Assembly (NCBI RefSeq): GCF_006345805.1
Contig: NC_043018.1
Location: 21,824,001-21,888,000 of the forward strand
DNA length: 64,000 bases
Direction of reading: 5' to 3'
DNA from: Octopus sinensis
Lineage: Eukaryota
The notes under the pieces were generated by a model. That model was given only the letters and a program-made list of their open reading frames with translations. It did no database searches and was not told where the DNA came from. Below, in pieces: positions 37,015 to 51,302 of this stretch (its first letter is position 1; the number at the start of each line of letters is the position of its first letter). The position numbers and the translations under genes were made by a program.

Positions 37015-37192
37015 CACGCATTTTTTTTCTCTCCTTGTTTCTTTTCCGTGTATCTTTCTGTTGAAGAGCGTAGGCTCGAAACGTAAAAGACTTGTTTTAT
37101 TTATATTCCTGAGCGCCATACTGATACAATTGTTTGTTTGTATTCCACCTGCCTTCGTCTTTTGTTTATTTTCAGAAAGCTTCCCGTTACAT
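37015..37192 (+). mobile_element. Short Penelope-like element with hammerhead motif
   Basis: tcttt-CTGTTGA-a-GAGCgtagGCTC-GAAACGTA-aaaga; ends in (TA)n. Confidence 0.65.
37053..37090 (+). ncRNA. Minimal type-I hammerhead ribozyme-like motif (A6U core variant)
   Basis: Stem I tcttt/aaaga, stem II gagc/gctc, GAAA, palindromic ACGT in place of stem III, GUA cleavage triplet. Confidence 0.55.
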
Positions 37193-38299
37193 ATATGCAT
37201 ATATACACACACACACACACATGTATATATACATGCATATACATATATATATATCTATATATATATATATATATATATATACATACACATATACATACAC
37301 ATATATATACACACGTACATACACATATATATATACATACATATATCTATCTATGTACATGTGTGTATATATTTTTGTACTTATGTGTGTGTTTGTGTGT
37401 ACACATTTAGATTTAACTTTATAACTGTGCTTGCATATCTATTTGTGTGTATATGTATGTATTTGTTTAAGTGTATATATACAAGTGTGGTGTGTGTGTT
37501 GTGTGTGTGCACGTGTAAAGTGTACACATTTAGATTTAACTACACAACTGTATGTGCATGTATGTATATATATATATATATATACGTGTGACTATGTGTG
37601 CGCACATGCATGTATCCACATACATGTATGACTGTGTATGTGTGTGTATATATGTCTGTGTGTACACATATAGATTTAACAACAAAACTGTGTGTATGCA
37701 TTTTACCTGTGCATGTGTGTGCTTGTGACTGTTCCATCCATTACATCACGATTGAATGAATGGCCTGTCACAGCTGGATGGTTGTCTCTCCCTACCGCTG
37801 GCTGACCACTCAACTGTGGAAGAGGAAGGCGAGAAGGAGGAGGAGGCAGGGGAGATGCGGAACCCTCGTTTCTTTGTCAGGCAAACTGGAGTAAGCAAAG
37901 TTATATGACCCCTGCTCAGCAATGCCAACAGCTTATAGAGTTAGGAAGGGATGATATTCGTGTAATACGATATTACTGGTGCATGCATGTGTGTGCACGC
38001 GTGTATTTCTAAAACACTGCATTATAATGAAAAAATTCATCAAATATATAAATAAAGATAACATTCACTATTTTAAGATTAATTCCTACAAATGCTTAAG
38101 CTGTTCATCAGCTACATGAATTTCATCGGAATGGGAGAAGACCCACAAAGGTTATGGGTATTATATATCCTATCCTGACACACACACACACACACATATA
38201 GTATATAAATATATAGTATATAAATACATAACATATCATTTATCTCTCACTTGATAGAGTACCTTTTTGTTGATCTTACCTTAACAGAACAGTAAACTA

Positions 38300-38508
38300 C
38301 ATATATGCATATACACACACATGTATATATACATGCATATACACACATATATATATATACATACACATATATATATACACACACATACATATACATACAT
38401 ATATATATACACACATACATATACATACACATATATATATATCCATACACACATATATATATACACACATATATATACATATACAAACATATATATACAT
38501 ATACAAAC

Positions 38509-38539
<31 letters not shown>

Positions 38540-38900
38540 CACATACAAACATATACACATATATACACACATATGTACACATATATACATATATATGTAC
38601 ACATATATACACATATATATATACACAAACACATATATACACACATATATATACAATACATATATATACAAATGCATATATACACACATATACACATGTA
38701 TATGTATACATATACTCACATATATACACACATATACACATGTATATGTATACATATACTCACATATATATATATATATAAAATATAAATATATATCTAA
38801 ATATATACATATAAATATTTATAGATATATATCTAAACATATATATATAAATATATATCTAAACATAAATATATATATAAATATATACACACCCACATAC
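38300..38900. repeat. (TA/CA)n microsatellite field
   Basis: Direct inspection. Confidence 0.95.
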
Positions 38901-39275
38901 AAATAAGAATAGACAGATAGAGATAATCATTGAATCGATCAGATTATTGGATGTTGTTATCCACTGCTAGTCACAATGTGGTTCCTTGCATTATTGTAGC
39001 TTTCAAATGATGCCACCTCACTGGCTAGGCAGGCGGGCAGGCTTACATTGCCCCCAAAACAGAATGCCAATTCATTGCAGGATTACCCATTTACAGCCGA
39101 GTGGGCTGGAGCAATCGGAAATGAAGTGTCTTGCTCAAGAATACAATGCACCACCAGTTTGGAAATCGAAACCATTACCATGTGATCACGAGTGGAACAT
39201 TCTAACCATTATGTGTGTGTGGGTGTGTGTCATCATCGTCTTTTAATGTCTGCTGTCCATGATGGCATAGGTTGG

Positions 39276-39313
<38 letters not shown>

Positions 39314-39734
39314 TAGATAGACACGTACACACATATATATGTGTATGTTACCATGTGTACAAAGTGATATAGCACTTACTGATCATTGGATAAACTATAT
39401 ATTGTTATGGTGCTAACACTTGGATTGGCTTACAACATGGCATTACCCCAAACTATACAATTCTTAACCTACAAAATATCATCACTGCTGCTGTTTTCTG
39501 TATTGTCAAGATATGGATTTCTCTAGCATTGGCAAAAGACCACAAATTTTGGTGGTGGTGGTCGTCGTCGTCGTCGTGGAGGGATACACAGTCAATCAAA
39601 TCAACATCACCAGTACACATCTGGTATTACTTATTTTGTCAGCTCTTGGATGCAAGGTTGACCCAGCGGAATACTGAAGTCAGGAAAGAGAGATGGGGAA
39701 GGAGAGACGGATGAGAGGAAGAAAAGTGGTGGCG

Positions 39735-39771
<37 letters not shown>

Positions 39772-40523
39772 AGTGAGAGAGAGAGAGAGGAAGTGAAACT
39801 AAATATACCAGGAGGTAATTTAGTCTGACACTTCAATGTCTTCTGGCAATATTGCAGATGACCACATAGCTGTAAAGTGCTCCCACCCACCCAGCCAAAC
39901 TGTCTCTTGATTGCTTGACAGCTACTTTCACCATAGCATCACCATGAACTAACCATGGCCCTCAAATTACATCCTGGCAAAGGGGGAACATGTTAGAGGA
40001 TGTAGTCTCAGATGCGTAATGTTCAAAAAAGGAAGGAGTGGTCATTATTGGAGTTCCTTTGATTGTAGGTACACTGGGCTGATGCTGGTTAAACAACAAC
40101 AATAACAACATACTAAGAAGGGGCTCTAAATAACCATTCAATCTGAAAGAAATAGTACTGAAATCTTCCTCGGATCATAAGCTCCAGTTTTAGAATAGAA
40201 AAGAAAAATTCTATAATATAGTCTCATATACACTGAATAAAAGATGGGATTGTGAAGCTGGATCATTTTTGATAATAAATTTTAAGATTTAAAGGATCAG
40301 GTCTGGCCTAGGGTTAAACAGCATTTGAGAACCAAGATGATAGTTGTAGCATGAAACTGGGTGCCAAGTTATGTCCTTACCTAAATAAAATGATAATTAT
40401 CCTGTTTAAGAGAAGAGTTGAATAAATTAAATACTGAGTTTATAAAATGCCACAATGTGTATGTGTGTGCGCGCGTGTACACACATATATAATGCATATA
40501 TATATATATATATATATATATAC

Positions 40524-40773
40524 GTGGAGGCGCAATGGCCCAGTGATTAGGGCACTGGACTTGCGGTCGTAGGATCACAGTTTCGATAACCAGACCAGGC
40601 GTTGTGAGTGTTTACTGAGCGAATCCCTGCTGGTGATCCCTGCTGTACTCTTTCACCACTCTTTCTCCTGTTGGCCTGCTCACTCATTCGAAGGCTAAAA
40701 CAATGCGAACGCATTGTGACCAGCGATGTGTAACAACATCTGATGGTCTGGTTGGTCATGTGGTCACGTGATA
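40524..40773 (+). mobile_element. SINE family C, internally deleted
   Basis: Head and tail match. Confidence 0.82.
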
Positions 40774-40786
40774 TATATATATATAT

Positions 40787-41249
40787 CAGAATCGAAATCG
40801 ATCAATGGAAATTGCGGATGTGCTACCAGTGCCGGTGGCATGTCAAAACTCTGCTTGTGAAGACCCGTTGAGGCAAGTGACAATCAGAATCGAAATCGAT
40901 CAATGGAAATTGCAGATGTGTTACCAGTGCCGGTGGCATGTAAGAGAACTTTCCGTTTCGCGACCGTTGCCAGCACCGCCCCGTTTCGTGTCCGTTGCCA
41001 GCCTCGCCTGGCCCTCGTGCCGGTGGCACATAAAAAGCACCATCCGTTCGTGGCCGTTTGCCAGCTCTGTCTGGCACCCACTACACTCACGGAGTGGTTG
41101 GCGTTAGGAAGGGCATCCAGCCGTAGAAACACTGCCAGATTTGACTGGGCCTGATGAAGCCTTCTGGCTTCACAGACCCCAGTAGAACTGTCCAACCCAT
41201 GCTAGCATGGAAAACGGACGCTAACGATGATGATGATGATGATGATGAT
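40787..41249 (+). mobile_element. SINE family D, long form with duplicated 5' module
   Basis: ~57-bp CAGAATCGAAATCGATC...GGCATGT module repeated at 40787 and 40885. Confidence 0.8.
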
Positions 41250-41569
41250 ATATATATGATGGGAATTCCTAGTGTTCAAGGAAAGTGATCTGATGGTGAA
41301 TGAATGCAGACAGTTACACACACACACACACACACACACAATACAGCCAGCCACACACACACACACGCTGATCTGTAATCAAAAATAAAGTTGTCCAGAG
41401 GTAAGTGCGACAGACTGAACGTTAACAGAAATATGGCATAAATATATAGGAAGAAAATATTTCACTACCTTATCCTTTGGGCCATCCCAACTCCCCCACT
41501 CATTGCATGGGTGTGCGAGCACATAAAAGATAAACATGCACACATATATTCGAGAGAGGGGAAAGATGC

Positions 41570-42202
41570 ACACACACACACACTGGTATGTATTCATAAG
41601 TGTCTACACATACATATATATATACATATATATATATACACATACATATATATACATATATATATATACACATACATATATATACATATATATATATATA
41701 TACACATACATATATATACATATATATATATATACACATATATATATATACATATATATATATACACATACATATATATACATATATATATATATACACA
41801 TACATATATATACATATATATATATATACACATACATATATATACATATATATATACACATACATATATACATATATATACACATATATATATATACATA
41901 TATATACACATACATATATATATATATATACACATATACATGCACATATATATATATACACATATATATATACACATACATACATATATATACATATACA
42001 TATACATACATATATATATACATATATACATATACATATACATATATACATACAATATATATACATATATATACACATACATACACACATACATACATAT
42101 ATACATACATACATACACACACACACAACACATATATACATACATACACACACACACATATATAACATACATACACACACACACACAATATACATACATA
42201 CA

Positions 42203-42237
<35 letters not shown>

Positions 42238-42240
42238 AAG
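41570..42240. repeat. (TA/CA)n microsatellite field
   Basis: Direct inspection. Confidence 0.95.
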
Positions 42241-42836
42241 TATGCACATGTGTGCAGTAAAGCCAAAGGCAATCAGCCCTGATTATTTTGAAGTAGCAGA
42301 CATGACTAAGTCAGCTGAGCTAATATACATTAACAGCTCCCTCACACTGACACCAGCAGCTGAGATTAACTAACAACAGCTACTACTACTACTACTATCA
42401 TCATCACTACTACTACTTTTACCACCACCACCACTGCTACTACTGTTACAGAAGCAGGCAGTTAACCAATCCTTACAGTCTTCTGAGGATTGCTTCTACA
42501 GAACACCAGAGTTGAATCCTCGACTATACACATACTTTGACCTTTACAGTCTCAGAAAAGCTAGTTCTTCCCTTTCACTGTTTCAATTAGTCCCATTGAT
42601 ATTTGGGGAATTTACCCAAAAATTTTATAGCACACCACAACACACACACATATATATATATAATATATATATATATATATTATATATATAATATAAACAT
42701 GCATATACATGTATAAATACAATACATATATATACACACATGCATATGTATATATGCACATATATACAAATACATGTGTGTCTATATATATATAGACACA
42801 CATGCATATGTATATATGCACATATATACAAATACA

Positions 42837-42877
<41 letters not shown>

Positions 42878-42904
42878 ATATATATATATGTGTATATATA
42901 TATA

Positions 42905-42945
<41 letters not shown>

Positions 42946-43030
42946 AAAAATTTTATAGCACACACAAATACACACATATATATAAACATGCATATACATG
43001 TATAAATACAAATACATGTATGTGTGTATG

Positions 43031-43062
<32 letters not shown>

Positions 43063-43750
43063 TACACACATTCACATGCGTATATACATACACATATATT
43101 CCTATATACTCTTCACTTCCAAGAAATTCAATTTAAAACTGCTTGTGCTTGCGGTACATATGGATGGTTTATTTTAATACTATATGGAAGAAGAAGAAGG
43201 AAAAGAAACAGCAATAATGGCATCGGTTTCTCATTTGGACACAAGGCCGACAATCTCGAGGAGTTGGATTAGTAGGTACTATCGTCCCTCTCCCCCCACC
43301 CGACTTGTACTTTACTTTCGTTGGCCCTGGAAGGGTGAACGGCTAGAATCTGAACTCATAACGAAGCACTAGAACAAATACAAGGCATTTTGTTCACCAC
43401 AGTACTGATTCTACTAATCCACTACTACTACTAATAATAATAATACTACTATTACTCTTTTTATTGGTATTAAGCATTGGATTATGGACACGCTAGGGCA
43501 CTGCCTTCTAAGGGGGGAATAGCTGATTAAAATAAACCTCAGCAGTTTATGTTATTGACTGCAACTTGAGCTTGGGGGAAGGATGAAAGACAAAATGGGC
43601 TTGGGTGGGAGTAGTAGCCAGAACAGAAAGGGACATAAATACCATAAGGTATTTATTTTATCCAACACTAACAATTCTACCATCCACTGTGCTTATGTAG
43701 TGAAGCTGCTCCTAATAGTAGTGGTAGTAGTAGTAGTGGTGGTGGTGGTG

Positions 43751-43783
<33 letters not shown>

Positions 43784-44221
43784 ATCTACAAATGCACTCA
43801 AGCCAAAAATGGTTTACAATATTGAACATTCATTTCTGTTTCAAAAATATCTTGAATTTTATCAAACATAAAAGGCAGCTGTGTTTATACAGAACCATGG
43901 AAAATATTTTGTTTACATGAAGATTGTGTGCGAATGTTATTTTTAATCAGCAGAAGTTACAAAGTGGCTCCAAGGGCCAAGCGATCCATTCGTGGCCAAC
44001 TGAGTCACTCTGTGACTTCTCACAATTGAAACCAACGATTGCAAAATTTTGGCACAATGCCAGCGATTTTGGGAGACGGCGTAAGTGGATCACTTCGACC
44101 CGAAAGGATAAATGGGAAAGTTGATTTCGGCAGAATTTGAACTCAGAATGTGAAGATGAACGAAATACCACAAAGCATTTTGCCCAGTGTGCTTACGATT
44201 CTGCCAACTCAGTAAAATACA

Positions 44222-44584
44222 TATATGGTTAAGAAACTATCTTTGCAACCACATGGTTTCTGGTTCAGCCTCACCGTGTAGCACCTTGGGCAAATGTCTT
44301 CTACTATAGTCCTGGGTCAACCAATGCTTTGTAAGTGAATTTGATAGATGAAAACTGTGCAACAGCCCACACTATATATATATATATATATGGTAGCCTT
44401 AATTCACAAATAAAGAAAATATATTTAAGAGTAGCTATGTGGTAAGTAGCTTGCTTACCAGGTGCATGGTTCAGGGTTCAGTCCCACTGTGTGGAACCTT
44501 GGACAAGTGTCTTCTACTATAGCCTTGAGCTGACTAAAGCCTTGTTTGTGGATTTGGTAGACGGAAACTGAAAGAAGCCCGTCG

Positions 44585-44615
<31 letters not shown>

Positions 44616-44876
44616 TTGTCTCCCCACCATCGCTTGACAACAGATGCTGGTGTGTTTATGTCTCCATAACTTAGCAGTTCAGTAAAAGTGCCTGAGACAA
44701 ACACAGACACACAAACATCTATATCACAGGCTTCTTTCAGTTCCCATCCACCAAATTCACTCACAAGACTTTGGTCAGCCCAAGGTTATAGTAGAAGACA
44801 CTTACCCAAGGTAGTGGGACTGAACCCGGAACTATGTGGTTGGGAGGCAAGCTAATTACCACACAGCCACTCCTAC
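44222..44876. mobile_element. Cluster of family B SINEs (two plus-strand, one minus-strand)
   Basis: Copies at about 44222-44385(+), 44428-44690(+), 44725-44876(-). Confidence 0.75.
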
Positions 44877-45653
44877 ACACACACACACACATAGGCAAAT
44901 CATCAAAAGTCAAAACAACAAAAGCCAAGAGAACGTACATAGTCATAAACTCAGAGAAAGTTTAAGATGCAAAAAAGTGGGGTTGTGACATGCCAGGCAT
45001 GGCTTTTCGTCAGAAAGAAGAAAAAGTCCAGAGAGAAGGTAAAGAATAGTCCGAGAAAAGCATGTGTGTATATATACATACACATATGTACGTACGTGCA
45101 TACACACACTGTATAATATATATATTAACAATGTTTTGTTTGAGTCTTTAAGATTCACTTGTGAGCTATCTTAAATTAAATTCTGTTTAATATTCATCAA
45201 ACTTTCTTTAATTGCAGTTGAAGTTAATGAAGAATAGAACATTTGTTTTCTTCCAGAATGCAATGGGGAGAGCAGGAAGGTATGCAACAAAAGTGAAAGA
45301 CATGAACTGTCTTAATTGATATGACTGGTATTGATGAAGTGGAGAGGAAGAGAGGAGAGGGTTTTCTTTTTTTTTAATTGCTCTTGGGATTTGAGGATTT
45401 AAAATTTATCTTGGTGAGATTAGAACTAAGTAAATATTAATTAACCCAACAGATGGCAGTGCCACCATTGCAGGCTGTTCTTCAGTGATTTATCAACAGG
45501 CATGGCTGTGTGGTTAAGAAGCTTGCTATACAACCAAATGGTTTTGGGTTCAGTCCCACTGCTCAGCATCTTGGGTACGCCTTCTACTATACTCCTGAGC
45601 TGGCCAATGCCTTGTGGGTAGATATAGTAGGAGGAAACTATGTGGAAGCCTGA

Positions 45654-45688
<35 letters not shown>

Positions 45689-45739
45689 ATAAATGTGAAA
45701 ATTAATTTGTGTGTGTCACACTTTGACCCCTCTTTCACA

Positions 45740-45966
45740 TATTTCTTTATTGCCCACAAGGGGCTAAACACAGAGGGGACAAACAAGGACAAAGGGATTA
45801 AGTCAATTACATCAACCCCAGTGCATAACTGGTACTTAATTTATCGACCCCAAAAGGATGAAAGGCAAAGTCGACCTCGGTGGAATTTGAACTCGGAATG
45901 TAACGGCAGACAAAATACCACTAAGCATTTCACCCAGCGTGCTAACATTTCTGCCAGTTCGCTGCC
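45740..45966 (-). mobile_element. SINE family A
   Basis: Full-length match. Confidence 0.82.
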
Positions 45967-48356
45967 TCTCTCACTATTCAATGACACTTCTACTATTGCT
46001 TATGTTGGGGTGAGAGTAATAGTAGGCATAGAGATGGTAAGGGTGGTGGCAAAGACAGAGAGAGAGAAAGGAGAGAAAGAGAGACAAAGAAATTTAGGGA
46101 GAGCTGATGATGTTTTATTAAAAGTAGTAGTGAAGATGGTAGCAGTGGGAGTAATAAGAGAGAGAGAGAGGGGGAGAGAGAAAGAGTGGGTATGTGAGAG
46201 AGTGACTGAACACTGAACTAACATGCTGAACCAACACAAACATTTAGCCTTTTTGTGATGGTAATGGAGTGACAGTAATAGTATGAGCTGTGGTTGTGAT
46301 AGAGGTGGTGGTGATGGTGGTGGTGGTAGCCGAGGCGGTCAGGGATTACAGTGAGGGTAAGCAATGTGAAAGGCAGTGGTGACAGCGGTGGAGGGGAAGG
46401 CGGTGAAGTCAAAGGTATTGATGGTGGTGGTGGTGGTGGCACCAGAAGTCTGAATGGTGTGTGTATGGCAATGGTGGTGGTACCGTTGTTTATCATGCAG
46501 CTTTGCAATATGTTCCAAGCCGACAAACAGTGCTTTGTGTATGGAAATGGTAGATAGAAATCATATGGAAGGTTGCCCCATGTGGGTGAGTATGTGCACA
46601 GAGTACCCATTTTAAAAAACTTATTTGTTCCATTGTGGCACTGCCTTAAGGAATTTACTGGAACAAATTGATTCCAGGTCTTATTTTTTTCAAGCCTGGT
46701 ACTTATTCTATCAGACTCTTTTGCCAAACTGCTAAGTTAAAGAGACATGAACAAGCCAATATTGGTTGCTAAGCAGTAATGATTGAGGAGGACAAGCACA
46801 AACACACATACACACAGATATATATCATGCAGTGGGACTGAACCCAGTACCATATGGTTTGCAAAGTGAGCTACTAAATCACACAGACATGCTGACACCT
46901 CCATTCTGTGTCTTTACACAAGAGAAACTGAGCAAAACAAAAATGTTAAGCTGACATATCCTATCAACAAATCATCCTTTAGGTCTACACTTTAAAAAAG
47001 AAGAAGATTAGAAAAAGTCTTAACTTCAAAAGCAAGCGAGGTTTAATGACAGGAAAGACATACTGGCTTAAAACAATGCCTCAGCAGGTATTCACCCAAC
47101 CCATGCTAGCATGGGAAAATAGACATAAAACAAATGAACAAACTAAAATAACACACATTTTTGTTATTAAACTGGTTTAGAACATAACATATTCTCATAC
47201 AAACTATGTTTGGAACATTTTAATTTTGGTACGAAGGGTTTTTTTCCCCCTCATTTTTCATTTCTAGTTTGTTTTTTTTTGTTCCAGAACTATGAGAATT
47301 CATAAACTGGTTGGTGTCAAAAGGGTTAAAAGTGGAATTTTGCCATCGAAGAAAAAAAAAAAATCTCCCAAAATAAATGGTTAATTTGAAAATTCTATTT
47401 TTACCATTCCCCTCTAGATTCTTTTCATCTATCCGACAAACACACACACATACACACAGACTCCAATTATTAGTTTATTGTTGATACTTATCAAACTTTT
47501 TATTAAATTGTTGTTCACCTATATTATTTTTCAGTGTGGTTTAATGTATTCTACGAAAAAAAAAAAGAAAAAAAAGAAAACAAAAACAACAAAAAAAATC
47601 CAATTTCTAGTCCGAGGCTTTAATTAACTACTAATCCTTTATTTTCATGCAAAGTTAATAACGTTTTTTTCTCTTTTTCTTTTTACTGAATTCCTTGCTT
47701 GTCTGCCAATCTACCATATTGCAAGCTTCCATAATGATTGAGTAATCATTGATGAATTATTCCAACACACACACACACATGCACACACATACACACACAG
47801 AGGCACCTAATTCTAAAATCCAAAATCTATAAAATTCCATTTAGATTTTTATGGAAATATCTGACACCCTCAAAATATACCACAAAACCATTTATTTTTT
47901 TCCCTTATATTCATTTAATTTTCCTTTCATTTTTGTATTGTTTTTTTTTTTTTGTGTGTGGTGGGGAATGGTGAACCATAAAATAAACAGTGGGGAGGGT
48001 TGTCATTTAATCAATTATAGCCAATCCCCTCCTTCCTCCTGTTATATGGCTCAAGTCTTATGTCTAAAAAAAATAAACATACAGTTATTTACTTTCATCC
48101 TTCCAGAGTATACCAAATACCAGTGAAATATTGGTCTTGAATGTTGGTACAAAGCCAGCAATTTCAGGGGACAGGATTAGCCGATTACACCAACTCCAAA
48201 GTTCAACTGGTATTATTTTATCGATCCTGAAAGGCAAAGACAACCTTGGCAGAATTTGAACGGATGAAATGCTGCAAAGCACTTTGCCTGGTGTGCTTAA
48301 TGATTCTTCTGCTAGCTCACCGCCTAAAATTCCAGTGACATATTGGGATCAATATA

Positions 48357-48584
48357 TATTTCTTTACTACCCACAAGGGGGTAGTAAACACAGAGGGGAC
48401 AAACAAGGACAGACAAACGGATTGCGTCGACCCCTGTGCATAACTGGTACTTAATTTATCGACCCCGAAAGGATGAAAGGCAAAGTCGACCTCGGCGGAA
48501 TTTGAACTCAGAACGTAACAGCAGACGAAATACAGCTACGCATTTCGCCCAGCGTGCTAACGTTTCTGCCAGCTCGCCGCCTTT
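48357..48584 (-). mobile_element. SINE family A with long TSD
   Basis: ATATTGGGATCAATATA duplicated at 48340 and 48585. Confidence 0.88.
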
Positions 48585-48689
48585 ATATTGGGATCAATAT
48601 AACCCACTGTACTCCTTTCCTCTTGGTCTTGTGCCTATGAGACAGAAAGAGGGAAGTGGGGAGGGAGGTGGTTATCATATGGTTTAGGG

Positions 48690-48994
48690 CAGTGGTTCAA
48701 TCATTTTTATTTATGGACCCCTTTGATTACTATTTTATCCAAATGGACCCCCAATAGCCATTCAATGTGTAAAAACTAGTTTCATAAATACTTTTTTTAA
48801 AAATTCTTATTTTGTATCATACATTAACTTGAAATATGTTGACCTATGTAAAAACATCAGGAAAAGAAACAGCAGTTTTTTGCAATAAATACATCTAAAG
48901 CAAAAGTTTTTCATGACCCCATAAAATACAACTGCAGACCTAATTTATTATTTTGCTTGTGTGGACCCCCATGGACCCTGGTTGAAAACCGCTG
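48690..48994. mobile_element. hAT-type MITE with perfect 8-bp TSD
   Basis: CAGTGGTT...AACCGCTG flanked by GTTTAGGG at 48682-89 and 48995-49002. Confidence 0.85.
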
Positions 48995-49809
48995 GTTTAG
49001 GGGAAGCATTTAAAAATGATTATTATTACTAAACACTATGTGTGGTTTCAGAAGATTTTAGCAGCTATTTCTAGCATGCTGACCAACTTGTCCTGGCTAT
49101 GTTCTTACAAGGATATTGTCAGTAAAAGGTTGTCACGGCCAGCCTCTGTAGAGAAGGAAAAGTGCTATCATATGGTTTAGGGTGGTGGGTCTCGACCATG
49201 ATTACTATTTCATTCTGGTGGACCACCCCATGGCCAGTCAATATTTAAAAGCTAGTTTTATAAATACTTCTTTCCAAATTCCTATTTTGGTTGGATAAAC
49301 AAAATATTCTACCTGTTTTATGTTCAAAGTGGGCAAATGTGGCCTCCTCACACCAACCCTCCAATATCATTCTAAAAATTAACAGCTACTTCATCAAAAT
49401 TTCAAAGCTACAAAATAATACACGATTAATTCAAACGATGTGATTAAATAAGCAATATATTCGACAGAAAAACTGTGAAGGCTAAAGAGTTAAATCTACA
49501 AACCACCAACCACTCACTGCGCGGAAAAGTGAGGTACTGGACAGAATATCTTTTCTGTATCACTTACATCTATGATATCTCAAAGCAGTAAGTAACCTTA
49601 CAGATAGGAGGAGCGGAGAGCTCTATGACACCAGAACTAGGGTGGCATGTACTCCAATAAGCAAGGGTTAGATATAAATTCATTCATGCATACTTCCACA
49701 CAACCACAACAATAACCCTCTTCTACCACCCCCTACTACACAACACAAAGCCACTTCCATCACTGACAACAATTAACATTGTCTCCACTATAACAACAAC
49801 AATCACCAT

Positions 49810-49848
<39 letters not shown>

Positions 49849-50427
49849 GAGTAGTATTACAAACAACACTAAAACCACTTCCACTACCTGTCACCAACAA
49901 CAATTAAAGTTGTCTCCACTGTAACTACTACTCCTACTACAACAACTACAGTTACCACCACCACCATTACTACAACAACAATAACAAGAAGCACCAATTC
50001 TCAATCTAATTTTCCCTTGCTATTCATCTTCTAAAACAATAAATCAGAATGACATTAACCTCGCGTGACTAACATATCTATTTTCTAATCGAATCTAATT
50101 CAAAATAATTATTCCAAAATAACAAACCTTCATTTTTTCATACCATTAGTGTTAGCGACGTCATAAGAGCAGTGTCATTAGTGGACACACACAACAGAAA
50201 TGACATTAGCAAAATCACAGCAGTAGCAATGTATTAGTGAAATAATACGACGTTGATGTCACAATACTAATGTCAGTGATATCACAATTCAATGATGTCG
50301 GTAAAATCAACGACATCACAGCTCAATGGCATTGGCGACATCACAGCTCAATGACGCTGGTGAAAAGACAACTTAATGACATTGGTGAAATCATAACTCA
50401 ATGATGTAGGTGACACCACAATTCAAT

Positions 50428-51302
50428 GATGTTGGTGACATCACAACTCAGTGATGTTGGTGACATCATGACTCAGCGATGCTGGTGACATCACAACTCA
50501 GTGATGTTGGTGACATCACAACTCAGTGATGTTGGTGACATCACAACTCAGTGATGTTGGTGACATCACAACCCAGTGATGTTGGTGACATCACAACTCA
50601 ATGATGTTGGTGACATCACAACTCAATGATGTTGGTGACATCACAACTCAGTGATGTTGGTGACATCACAACTCAGTGATGTTGGTGACATCACAACTCA
50701 GTGATGTTGGTGACATCACAACTCAATGATGTTGGTGACATCACAACTCAATGATGTTGGTGACATCACAACTCAGTGATGTTGGTGACATCACAACTCA
50801 ATGATGTTGGTGACATCACAACTCAGTGATGTTGGTGACATCACAACTCAGTGATGTTGGTGACATCACAACTCAATGATGTTGGTGACATCACAACTCA
50901 ATGATGTTGGTGACATCACAACACAGTGATGTTGGTGACATCACAACTCAGTGATGTTGGTGTGACATCACAACTCAGTGATGTTGGTGACATCACAACT
51001 CAATGATGTTGGTGACATCACAACTCAGTGATGTTGGTGACATCACAACTCAATGATGTTGGTGACATCACAACACAGTGATGTTGGTGACATCACAACT
51101 CAATGATGTTGGTGACATCACAACTCAGTGATGTTGGTGACATCACAACTCAGTGATGTTGGTGACATCACAACTCAATGATGTTGGTGACATCACAACT
51201 CAATGATGTTGGTGACATCACAACTCAATGATGTTGGTGACATCACAACACAGTGATGTTGGTGACATCACAACTCAGTGATATTGGTGACATCACAACT
51301 CA
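50428..51302. repeat. 25-bp minisatellite, ~35 near-identical units
   Basis: GATGTTGGTGACATCACAACTCA(G/A)T repeated; degenerate lead-in from ~50150. Confidence 0.97.

Noticed and set aside
46218-46727. 169-aa Pro/His-rich ORF and opposite Gly-rich ORF
   Set aside because: Driven by (GGT)n low complexity and a SINE fragment.
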